A DNA stretch of 64,000 nt from an uncultured Gemmatimonadota bacterium (GTDB taxonomy: Bacteria; JAAXHH01), in the NCBI GenBank assembly GCA_951812955.1, contig OX638340.1, positions 128,001 through 192,000 on the forward strand, in the 5' to 3' direction. A program made the translations under genes and the position numbers. The notes beneath the pieces are model-generated. The model was given only the letters and a program-made list of their open reading frames with translations, was not told where the DNA came from and ran no database searches. Within the stretch, counting starts at the first letter, position 1; each line of letters starts with the position of its first letter. This document shows, piece after piece, positions 28,123 to 36,334 of this stretch.

Positions 28123-29112
28123 ATGACTGAGAAAATACGTTGGGGCATACTCGGAACGGGCGCCATTGCCCACAAGTTCGCGGAAGCCATGGAATTCGTT
28201 CCGGATGCGGAAGTGGCGGCGGTGGGGTCGAGGGCGCGTAATACGGCGCACGCTTTCGCCGACGAGTTCGCGATACCCGGGAGGCACGAATCCTACCGGG
28301 CCCTGGCGGAAGCCCCGGATGTCGACGCGATCTACGTGGCCTCCCCGCATCCCATGCACCACGATCACACGCTGCTGTGCCTGAACGCGGACAAGGCCGT
28401 GCTTTGTGAGAAACCCTTTGCCCTCAACGCCGGGGAAGCAGAATCCATGGTTCATTGCGCAAGAGACCGGGGCCTTTTCCTCATGGAGGCCATGTGGACT
28501 CGGTATCTGCCCGCGATCGCGCAGGTACGCCGGTGGCTCGCTAAGGATGCGATCGGCGAAGTGCGCTTGATGATGGCCGATTTTGGATTCCGCGCGGGGT
28601 TCAACCCGGAAGGCCGGCTGCTGAATCCGGTGCTGGGCGGCGGTGCCCTTCTCGACATCGGCGTCTACATTGTCTCGCTGGCCTCCATGGTCTACGGAGC
28701 GCAGCCGACCCGCATCACCGCGCTCGCGGATATCGGCGAAACCGGCGTGGATGAGCAGACCACCATGGCATTTCGCTACGGTTCGGGCGCCATGGCTTCC
28801 CTGTCCTGCGCGATCCGGACCGACACGCCCAGGGATGTCCGGATCCTGGGAACAGGGGGCAGCATCCATATCCCGGCGCCCTTCTATGACGCCTGCATCG
28901 CGACGCTGAACGCGGACGGCGAAGAGCAGGTTACGGCCGAGCCCGACCGTGTGGAGAACGGATTCAAGTACGAGATCGAGGAAGCGGGCCGGTGCCTGCG
29001 GGAAGGGCTGCTCGAGAGTCCCGCGCTCCCGTTGGACGAGACCCTGGCCATCATGCGGACCCTGGACGCCGTCCGGGCGGAGATCGGGTTGGAATACCCA
29101 ATGGAGGCGTGA
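28123..29112 (+). CDS. Gfo/Idh/MocA-family NAD(P)-dependent oxidoreductase
   Basis: N-terminal Rossmann WGILGTGAIAHKF and an EKP motif (LCEKPFAL). Confidence 0.85.
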   Translation: MTEKIRWGILGTGAIAHKFAEAMEFVPDAEVAAVGSRARNTAHAFADEFAIPGRHESYRALAEAPDVDAIYVASPHPMHHDHTLLCLNADKAVLCEKPFALNAGEAESMVHCARDRGLFLMEAMWTRYLPAIAQVRRWLAKDAIGEVRLMMADFGFRAGFNPEGRLLNPVLGGGALLDIGVYIVSLASMVYGAQPTRITALADIGETGVDEQTTMAFRYGSGAMASLSCAIRTDTPRDVRILGTGGSIHIPAPFYDACIATLNADGEEQVTAEPDRVENGFKYEIEEAGRCLREGLLESPALPLDETLAIMRTLDAVRAEIGLEYPMEA

Positions 29113-29189
29113 CTCCTTTCGAGTGGAGGCGTGATTCCTTTCGAATAAAGGCATGGTTCCTATCGAGTAGAGGCGCGATCCCTTTCGAG
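29102..29189. repeat. Four decaying tandem copies of a 22-bp unit that begins with the last codons and stop of the Gfo/Idh/MocA gene
   Basis: The copies are tggaggcgtgactcctttcgag / tggaggcgtgattcctttcgaa / taaaggcatggttcctatcgag / tagaggcgcgatccctttcgag. The gene ends …P M E A *. Confidence 0.8.
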
Positions 29190-29266
29190 GATCCGGGTAC
29201 ACTTCACCCCACATTACCGTATCATTGAAATCTAGCGGTGTACCATTGAAATATTGAGGAGCCCCA

Positions 29267-30244
29267 ATGGAATACGGCAATATTACGAATGTAGACAAGC
29301 CCGTATCGCGACTGGTTCAGGGTACGATCATGTTGAGTACCGCCGAAGAAGAGTACAGTTTCGACTTGCTGGACCAGGTGTACGAGGCCGGCATAAACAC
29401 CTTCGACAGCGGCCATCTTTACGGGGGTGGCGAATGCGAACGCGCGTTGGGCAAGTGGATCGAGGACCGGGGCCTGCGCGACGAGATTGTTATTCTGACC
29501 AAGTGTTGCCATATGAATTCCGACCGGGAGCGGGTGACGCCCTACGATATCTCGTCTGACCTGCACGATTCGCTGGCCCGGTTGCGCACGGATTACATCG
29601 ATCTCTACCTGCTGCATCGGGATGACATCCGCGTGCCTGTCCGGCCGATCGTGGACCGGCTCAATCACTATATCGGCGCGGGCAACCTGGGCGTAATCGG
29701 CGGATCCAACTGGACCCACGACCGGATCGAGCGAGCCAACCTGTACGCCGCGACAAGCGGGCAGCAGCCTTTCACGGTCAGCAGTCCGAATTTCAGCCTG
29801 GCCGAGCAGGCCGAACCGCCCTGGAGGGGATGCATCAGTATCAGCGGGAAAGACGGCGCCGAAGCGCGTTCGTGGTACCAGGAAAACCAGATGCCGCTCT
29901 TTACCTGGTCCAGTATCGCCAGTGGTTTCTTTTCGGGCAGGGTGAACCGGGAGAACTATGACGGGATGGTCGAACAGGGCCTGCTCGACGAGAGCACGGT
30001 AAGGGCCTACTGCACGGACGACAACTTCGAACGGCTGGACCGTGTCGGACAGTTGGCGGAGGAAAAAGAACTGTCCATCCCCCAGATCGCCCTGGCCTAC
30101 GTCCTCGGACAGCCCTTGAATATCTACGCCCTCGTAGGCGCCCGAAACGGCGATGAAATCAGTGCCAACCTGCAGGCATTGCAAACTGAGCTCTCCGCGG
30201 AAGAGATGGCCTGGTTGAACCTGGAACGACCGGAACGTCCGTGA
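29267..30244 (+). CDS. Aldo/keto reductase
   Basis: AKR catalytic tetrad context (DSGHLYGGGECE…), ~325 aa. RBS GAGGAG lies upstream of the start. Confidence 0.85.
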   Translation: MEYGNITNVDKPVSRLVQGTIMLSTAEEEYSFDLLDQVYEAGINTFDSGHLYGGGECERALGKWIEDRGLRDEIVILTKCCHMNSDRERVTPYDISSDLHDSLARLRTDYIDLYLLHRDDIRVPVRPIVDRLNHYIGAGNLGVIGGSNWTHDRIERANLYAATSGQQPFTVSSPNFSLAEQAEPPWRGCISISGKDGAEARSWYQENQMPLFTWSSIASGFFSGRVNRENYDGMVEQGLLDESTVRAYCTDDNFERLDRVGQLAEEKELSIPQIALAYVLGQPLNIYALVGARNGDEISANLQALQTELSAEEMAWLNLERPERP

Positions 30245-30282
30245 CCTGGTGGAAGAACTCGCAGACCGGTGGGGACATGATC

Positions 30283-31953
30283 ATGAACAAGGTTACGAAA
30301 ACTGCAGCATTCTGCATTTGCGGGCTGGCAGTGATAACCTGCGTACTCTTGCTTGCCGGCCACCCTGATGCCCAGGTGCATAACGTCGTGGGCAAGGCGA
30401 TGCCCGATGATGCGGCGCCGCTGGACCGGCAGGTCTTCCGCTTTCTGAACGACGAACCGACCAACCTGGACATCGGCGTGGCCATCTACGAGGTGGGCGG
30501 CATTGTATTCCTCTTCGAACGCCTCACCATGCTGGACCACAACAACCGGGTGATACCGGGCGCCGCGACGGAATGGACGGCCAACGAGGACCAGTCGAAG
30601 TGGACCTTCAGCATGCGGCCCGGCGCCCGTTGGAGCGACGGCCGGCCAGTGACGGCCCACGATTTCGAATACAGCTACAAGCGCATGCTGGACCCGGCGT
30701 CGGGGAGCGGATACGCCTTTTTCTACTACAACATCAGGGGCGCGCGGGAATTCAACACCGGGCAGAACGCCGATCCGAACTCAGTAGGCGTTTACGCGGT
30801 GGACGATATGACCCTGGTCATCGAAACCGAAGGGCCCTGCCCCTATCTGCCCATGATCGCCGCATTCTTCACGTCGATTCCAGTACCGCGCTGGCAGGAG
30901 GAGAAATTCGGCCCCCGCTGGGCGTCCGACGAGAACGTCGTCAGCAATTCATCCTACAAGGTCGATCGCTGGCGTATCGGTGAGCGCCTTACGTTGTCGC
31001 TCGACGCCTACTACAACGGACCGGTAAAGGGGTTCTTTTCGCAGATCCATTCCATTTTCAAGAACCGGGGCAACACCGGGCTGCTTTCGTACGAAAACGA
31101 CGAGTTGGACCTGGTGCAGATCGACGTGCGCGAACTCAGCCGGATCGAGCAGGACCCGGTGTTGAGCACACAGCTGCACAAGTACATGGATTTCAACGCG
31201 CTCTACCTGTTTTTCAAGACGCGGGAAGGCCTGTTCAGCGACCTTCGCGTGCGACAGGCCATCAGCCACGCCATCGACCGCGACGCGCTTTGCAACATCG
31301 TGCTCCGGGACACGGCGCTTCCTGCGTACACCATGCTGCCCCCGGGTTTCCCGGGTTATTCCGGCGATGAATTGAAGGACGTGCAGCGATACGACCCCGA
31401 ATTGGCCAGGCGCCTGCTGGCCGAAGCCGGATATCCAGGAGGACGGGGGTTCCCATCCGTGGACATCTGGCTGCGCAACGACCCGAACCGTATCATGGCC
31501 GCCGAGGCCGTATCGGGCATGCTGTCCAACAACCTGGGCCTAAAGGTCGGCGTGCGGAACATGGAGCCCCGGGTCTACAGCGAGGCCATGGCCCAGTACC
31601 GGATCGACCTCAGCCTGATCCCCTTCCAGTACGATTTCCCCGACCCCCACAACCTCCTCGGCATGGTCTGGCACTCGCAGCCCGTGGGCGCGGGACGGCA
31701 TGACTGGATGAACGCGGAGTTCGACCGCCTTGTAGACGACGCGGCGCGGGAGACCGATGCAGAACGCCGATTCGAGATGTATCGCGAGGCGGAACGGATC
31801 CTGGTCGAGGACGTGGGCGGCGTCTTCCTCTACCACGACTACTTCCTGCAGCTTCGCAAACCCTGGCTGGCGGGCTGGCAAAAGGACTCCATGGGCCAGG
31901 AACCCTTCTTCATCGACAATTCCACGATTACGGATCTGTATATACGGCGGTAG
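30283..31953 (+). CDS. ABC transporter substrate-binding protein, family 5 (peptide/nickel/opine type)
   Basis: Signal peptide MNKVTKTAAFCICGLAVITCVLLLAG, then the SBP_bac_5 fold. The ORF opens at 30241. ATG at 30283 has the better RBS spacing (GGGGA then 7 nt). Confidence 0.8.
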   Translation: MNKVTKTAAFCICGLAVITCVLLLAGHPDAQVHNVVGKAMPDDAAPLDRQVFRFLNDEPTNLDIGVAIYEVGGIVFLFERLTMLDHNNRVIPGAATEWTANEDQSKWTFSMRPGARWSDGRPVTAHDFEYSYKRMLDPASGSGYAFFYYNIRGAREFNTGQNADPNSVGVYAVDDMTLVIETEGPCPYLPMIAAFFTSIPVPRWQEEKFGPRWASDENVVSNSSYKVDRWRIGERLTLSLDAYYNGPVKGFFSQIHSIFKNRGNTGLLSYENDELDLVQIDVRELSRIEQDPVLSTQLHKYMDFNALYLFFKTREGLFSDLRVRQAISHAIDRDALCNIVLRDTALPAYTMLPPGFPGYSGDELKDVQRYDPELARRLLAEAGYPGGRGFPSVDIWLRNDPNRIMAAEAVSGMLSNNLGLKVGVRNMEPRVYSEAMAQYRIDLSLIPFQYDFPDPHNLLGMVWHSQPVGAGRHDWMNAEFDRLVDDAARETDAERRFEMYREAERILVEDVGGVFLYHDYFLQLRKPWLAGWQKDSMGQEPFFIDNSTITDLYIRR

Positions 31954-32004
31954 GTGGTTTCTCAGGCGTGCGTTTGTTGAGCAGATGAGCACGCCGCGTC
32001 GCGC

Positions 32005-33300
32005 TCAGTGGATCTGTGCCAGATCCTCCCAGAAGCGCGGATAGGTCTTCCCCACCACGTCCGGATCGAGGATGTTCAGGTTACCCAACCGGGTCCCCAG
32101 CACGGCGAAACTCATGGCCATGCGGTGGTCGTGGTAGGTCTCAATATCTACGGTATCTTCGGTGCGCCGTGCGGTAGTATTCCCCGGTAGTTCGCCGATC
32201 TCGATGTAGTCCGGGCCGGTCTTCACTTCAATACCGATTTTTCGCAGCTCGGTCGCGGGACACTCGATCCGGTCACACTCTTTCTTCTTCAGTGTGCCAA
32301 TCCCCGTAATCCTTGTTGAGCCGGGAATCAGCGGTGATATGGCTATCAGGGTCAGGGCGGCGTCCGGAATGTCTGCGCAGTCTATCGCGCCGTCCACCGG
32401 CGTAACGTGACCGGCATCGGGACCGGCAATGACGGATTTTTGGTCCTCCATCTGAACGCGCGCTCCCAGGCTTTCGCAAACGGAAAGAAACCGCATATCG
32501 CCCTGCCGGCTCGCCGAACCGAGGTTCTCGAAGACCACGCTTCCTCCGTGTATGAGGGCGAGCGCTGCGAAGTACGAACCAGCGGAAGCATCTCCTTCCA
32601 CCGACCGGGAACCGGCGCGGTACTGTTGTGGAGCGACATCGAACCCGCGGTAATCGCGGTTCGCCACTTCGACGCCGAACTTACGCATCTCATCGAGGGT
32701 GATGTCGACGTACGGCCGGCTGACAAGATGGCCTTCGACCTGTATATCAAGTCCGTCGGGAAGCAAAGGCGCAATCTGCAGCAGGGCGGAGAAGAACTGG
32801 CTGGAAACATCGCCTTTCATCCGGACCGAACGGCGGAACGTACCGGGTCCTCTAATGGATACAGGTAAGCATCCGCCATTAGCAGCTTCTGTCGCTCCCC
32901 CTAATTGTTCCACCGCATCGAGCAGCGGCAGGTTCGGTCTTTCGTTCAGGCTGCCCCGTCCAACCAGTCTGGTTTCCTCGGTTCGCAGGGCGGAGAGCGC
33001 GATCAGGAATCGGGCCGATGTGCCGCTGAGTCCAAGACCAAGCGTTACAGGACCATTCGAAAAACGGCCGCCTTTCCCTTCTACGGTCAACGTTCGATAG
33101 TCTTCACTCGTTTCGATGGAAATCCCTAGGTCGCCCAGGCACTCCACCATTTCTCGCGTGTCGTCACAGTCGCAAGGCGAGGCGATCTCGGTCGTCCCTT
33201 CGGCCAGCGCGGCGAGCACCAGGTTTCTCAGCGTTATGGATTTGCTTCCTGGCAAATCGATAAACGCATTAATGGAATTACGAAACGTATTAACTAACAT
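32005..33300 (-). CDS. aroA: 3-phosphoshikimate 1-carboxyvinyltransferase (EPSP synthase)
   Basis: LPGSKSITLRNLVLAALAEGTT signature near the N-terminus. 431 aa. Confidence 0.85.
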   Translation of the reverse strand: MLVNTFRNSINAFIDLPGSKSITLRNLVLAALAEGTTEIASPCDCDDTREMVECLGDLGISIETSEDYRTLTVEGKGGRFSNGPVTLGLGLSGTSARFLIALSALRTEETRLVGRGSLNERPNLPLLDAVEQLGGATEAANGGCLPVSIRGPGTFRRSVRMKGDVSSQFFSALLQIAPLLPDGLDIQVEGHLVSRPYVDITLDEMRKFGVEVANRDYRGFDVAPQQYRAGSRSVEGDASAGSYFAALALIHGGSVVFENLGSASRQGDMRFLSVCESLGARVQMEDQKSVIAGPDAGHVTPVDGAIDCADIPDAALTLIAISPLIPGSTRITGIGTLKKKECDRIECPATELRKIGIEVKTGPDYIEIGELPGNTTARRTEDTVDIETYHDHRMAMSFAVLGTRLGNLNILDPDVVGKTYPRFWEDLAQIH

Positions 33301-33385
33301 AGTATTAATATCATATCAATTATTATTTTAAATAATATTACGTATCGTATTCAAAGACTGTTTCACTCAACTCTGTTTCACACTC
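33290..33385. promoter_or_regulatory. AT-rich island (~25-30% GC) immediately upstream of aroA (minus strand), containing direct repeats CTGTTTCAC ×2
   Basis: The sequence runs tattaatatcatatcaattattattttaaataatattacg…gactgtttcactcaactctgtttcac. It is compositionally extreme compared with the rest of the window. Confidence 0.5.
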
Positions 33386-33408
33386 GATTTTCATCTTGCC
33401 TGGCCTGC

Positions 33409-34173
33409 CTACACGCATCCACCATAAGCTCGACCCGATACCAGGTCGTACTCGGGCATGGCGCCGCTTCCGATATACTTTGACCGGGCATCCATGTACG
33501 CGACGGTTAGGCCGATACGCCGTTCGTCGCTGGTATTGGCGTCGGTCCGGTGCAGGGCAAGGCTGTGGTGGAACGAACAGCCCCCGGCCTTGAGCGGAAC
33601 GGCTACTTCCCGTTCATAGCTGACGTGGGCGTCTTCGACACGAAAGTCCTCGAGATGTTTGTGCTCGATCACACCGTCTTTGTGTGAACCGGATATGAAT
33701 CGCATGCACCCGTTCTGCTCGGTGGCGTCGTCCAGGGCGATCCAGCAGATCACGAGGTTGGGCGGATCGATGTTCGTCCAGTAGGCGGAGTCCTGGTGGG
33801 GCGGTTTCGCCGAACCGACCCTCGGTGGTTTGCAGAGTGTCTGGTCCACGTAGATCTTGAGATCGGGGCCAATCAGGTTTCGAACCACGCCCAGGATCTT
33901 CGGATGCCGGGCCAGCTCTTTGAATACCGGGTCGTGCTTCGTCAGATTCCAGATTTTACGGACGTTGTTGAACCGCACGGGATCAGCCTGCGCTTCACCC
34001 TTCACGACCCTGGGTTCGATTTGAACGTACTCGGCCGGATAATCGACCACTTCGTTGCCGATATCTTCGAGACGCTGGTGGAGCGCTTTGGTCTCCAGCG
34101 GCGTCAGCAGGCTCTCGTAAGGTAGAAATCCCCGTTCGTTGAACTGGTCGACCTGTGCCTGGGTCAACGACAC
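33409..34173 (-). CDS. Phytanoyl-CoA dioxygenase (PhyH)-family Fe(II)/2-oxoglutarate oxygenase
   Basis: PhyH-like N-terminus (QVDQFNERGFLPYE) with an HxD…H facial triad context. Confidence 0.75.
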   Translation of the reverse strand: MSLTQAQVDQFNERGFLPYESLLTPLETKALHQRLEDIGNEVVDYPAEYVQIEPRVVKGEAQADPVRFNNVRKIWNLTKHDPVFKELARHPKILGVVRNLIGPDLKIYVDQTLCKPPRVGSAKPPHQDSAYWTNIDPPNLVICWIALDDATEQNGCMRFISGSHKDGVIEHKHLEDFRVEDAHVSYEREVAVPLKAGGCSFHHSLALHRTDANTSDERRIGLTVAYMDARSKYIGSGAMPEYDLVSGRAYGGCV

Positions 34174-34203
34174 GACTTGCCTCCTTTAAGAAGCATTCAT
34201 CAT

Positions 34204-34800
34204 CTAAGCAGCATTAAACCACCACTCCGGCCACCCGAGCACCAGTTCCGCCAGCGCGGAGTATCCGCCAGCGCCCGGATGAACCCGGTCACCGAGTGCG
34301 GCTTCGCTCCGCCAGACCTCACCGGTATTCAGATCATGGATCACCTCGAGGTAGGGCACGCCGAGTCTTCCGGCGATTTCGCCGATGAGCGAAGAAACCT
34401 CCATCCTGCGGCCGTGTTCCTCCTCGTCGATCCCGGGCGGCGGTCCGATCATCAACGTGGGTAAAAGCGATCGCGCGCGTGACAGAATCTCTTCGGTGTT
34501 GCGCACGGTATCGGCCCGTTCCACGCGCGGCTTCCCATCTATGAACCAGCAGTCGTTTGCGCCGAAGCCGAAGACCACCCGGCCGTCATGAGGTATAAGG
34601 CGCCTGGCCTCGACTTCCCGTTCCCATCGCCGGAGCACGTCCGCGCTCGTGTCACCGCGAATGCCGAGATTGTAGCTCGTGATGGAGGTTTCGTCGGACC
34701 TCGATGCGGCACACGCGCGCCCCGGCCATCCAAGATAGGCGGGATCACCGGTACCGTTCACGTAGGAATCACCTATAAAGTATACACGAATGTCTTCCAT
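34204..34800 (-). CDS. SGNH/GDSL-family hydrolase
   Basis: GDSY block I near the N-terminus (VYFIGDSYVNG). Block V has DGVHP-like spacing (DRVHPGAGG). Confidence 0.75.
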   Translation of the reverse strand: MEDIRVYFIGDSYVNGTGDPAYLGWPGRACAASRSDETSITSYNLGIRGDTSADVLRRWEREVEARRLIPHDGRVVFGFGANDCWFIDGKPRVERADTVRNTEEILSRARSLLPTLMIGPPPGIDEEEHGRRMEVSSLIGEIAGRLGVPYLEVIHDLNTGEVWRSEAALGDRVHPGAGGYSALAELVLGWPEWWFNAA

Positions 34801-34812
34801 AAATCCTTCGGT

Positions 34813-34868
34813 TCTCTAAATCCGCTCGTTCTCTCCGCTCTGTTCTCTCCGTTTTGTTCTCTCCGCTT
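34813..34868. repeat. Three tandem copies of GTTCTCTCCG(C/T)T in the 5' region of the GDSL hydrolase gene, followed (34895-34930) by a 9-bp-stem inverted repeat TTCCGTGAC…GTCACGGAA
   Basis: Read directly from the sequence. Confidence 0.6.
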
Positions 34869-35096
34869 TGCCATCCTGCCATGCTGTATATCCTCACGTC
34901 TTCGGTTCCGTGACGTGATTCAGGATCCGGTCACGGAAGCCGAAAACGCCTTTAGCATACGAATTCCGAGTGTATTTATCAATTGCCAATTTCGTCGCAG
35001 CGTGGAAAATTGGTAATGAGTATGGTAATGGGAATCATGTATTGAAACACGTCGCATGACCGACGCATTATCCAGGCTTTCCGGGAGAACGCCACC

Positions 35097-36104
35097 GTGC
35101 ACGGTTACATCATCGATAACAACCTGATTCGTCATGCTGAGCTTCCCGATCCGGTAGAGCCCGGTCCCGGCGAGGCGCTCGTCAAGGTCCGTTCCATTTC
35201 ATTGAACTACCGGGATCTCATGGTCGCCAGGGGCAGGTACGGAAGGCCGTATGAGGGTACGTTCGTCGCCGGTTCCGACATGGCGGGCGATGTGTTGGAC
35301 ACGGGGCCGGGGGTCGAGCACCTTCGGCCGGGCGACCGGGTGGTGAACGCGCCGTTCCTCGACTGGCCTGCCGGAAAACTCACAACCGACGGTATGATGA
35401 CCCTCGTAGGCGCAGGCGGCGTGGACGGCGTCCTGTGCGAACAGGTGCGCTATCCCGCGGCAGCCCTGGTCCACATGCCGTCCCATTTCTCCTATCACGA
35501 AGGCGCGACGCTGCCCATAGCCGGGCTGACCGCCTGGGCCTCGGTCGTGTCACAGGGTCATGTACTGGCCGGGGAGTGGGTCCTGCTTCACGGAACAGGC
35601 GGGGTTTCCGTGTTTGCCGCCCAACTGGCCAGGATCGCGGGCGCGCGGGCTTTGCTGACCACGTCTTCCAAAGAGAAAGCCGGCAGGATGAAGGCAGCAT
35701 TCGGCGTGGTGGAGACTTTCGATTACCGCGACGAAGACTGGCCCGAACGGGTCCGGTCTTTCACCGGGGGCACGGGGGTCGACCTGGTCGTGGACGTGGC
35801 CGGCGGCCAGACCTTCGCCAATTCCCTCAAGGCCTGTGCGCTGCATGCCCGGGTATCGCTCGTGGGCATCCTGGACGGCTTCGAAACCCGCCTCAACCCT
35901 TTCGATATTATCGGCCGGCAGATCCAGGTGCGCGGAATATACACTTCTTCGGCCGAAGACCTGCGCGACCTCGCAAGGGCGTGCGAGGCGTCGAAGCTCA
36001 GGCCCTGTATCGACCGCGTGTTTCCCTTCGACGAAGTTCCCGCAGCCTACGATTACCTTGAATCCCAGCGGCACATTGGAAAGATCGTGTGTGCGATGCC
36101 CTGA
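35097..36104 (+). CDS. Medium-chain dehydrogenase/reductase (quinone oxidoreductase/zinc-type ADH family)
   Basis: N-terminal GroES-like fold and a Rossmann GTGGVSVFAAQLA motif. Confidence 0.85.
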   Translation: MHGYIIDNNLIRHAELPDPVEPGPGEALVKVRSISLNYRDLMVARGRYGRPYEGTFVAGSDMAGDVLDTGPGVEHLRPGDRVVNAPFLDWPAGKLTTDGMMTLVGAGGVDGVLCEQVRYPAAALVHMPSHFSYHEGATLPIAGLTAWASVVSQGHVLAGEWVLLHGTGGVSVFAAQLARIAGARALLTTSSKEKAGRMKAAFGVVETFDYRDEDWPERVRSFTGGTGVDLVVDVAGGQTFANSLKACALHARVSLVGILDGFETRLNPFDIIGRQIQVRGIYTSSAEDLRDLARACEASKLRPCIDRVFPFDEVPAAYDYLESQRHIGKIVCAMP

Positions 36105-36334
36105 CGATTCCGCCGGGTGTCACCGGTAATACCGAAGACCCGCGTAATGATCGCTGGCAAAAACTTGTCACGTATAAGCACGTCGCGAAATGATCGTTTG
36201 ACAAAAAGCACGTCGCGGCATCGCTCGCTACGTGATATCCCCCTGGAAATCGCTCACGCAACACTGCGCTTTACGGGATTTCTCGTGGTAATTCGCCCGC
36301 GGAACACTAACTGCTGAAGTCGCCCGCTTGAAAA

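Noticed and set aside
31962-31998. Possible hairpin terminator (GGCGTGC-N17-GCACGCC) between the convergent SBP and aroA genes
   Set aside because: The 7-bp stem has a long 17-nt loop and no flanking T/A tracts. It is too weak to call.
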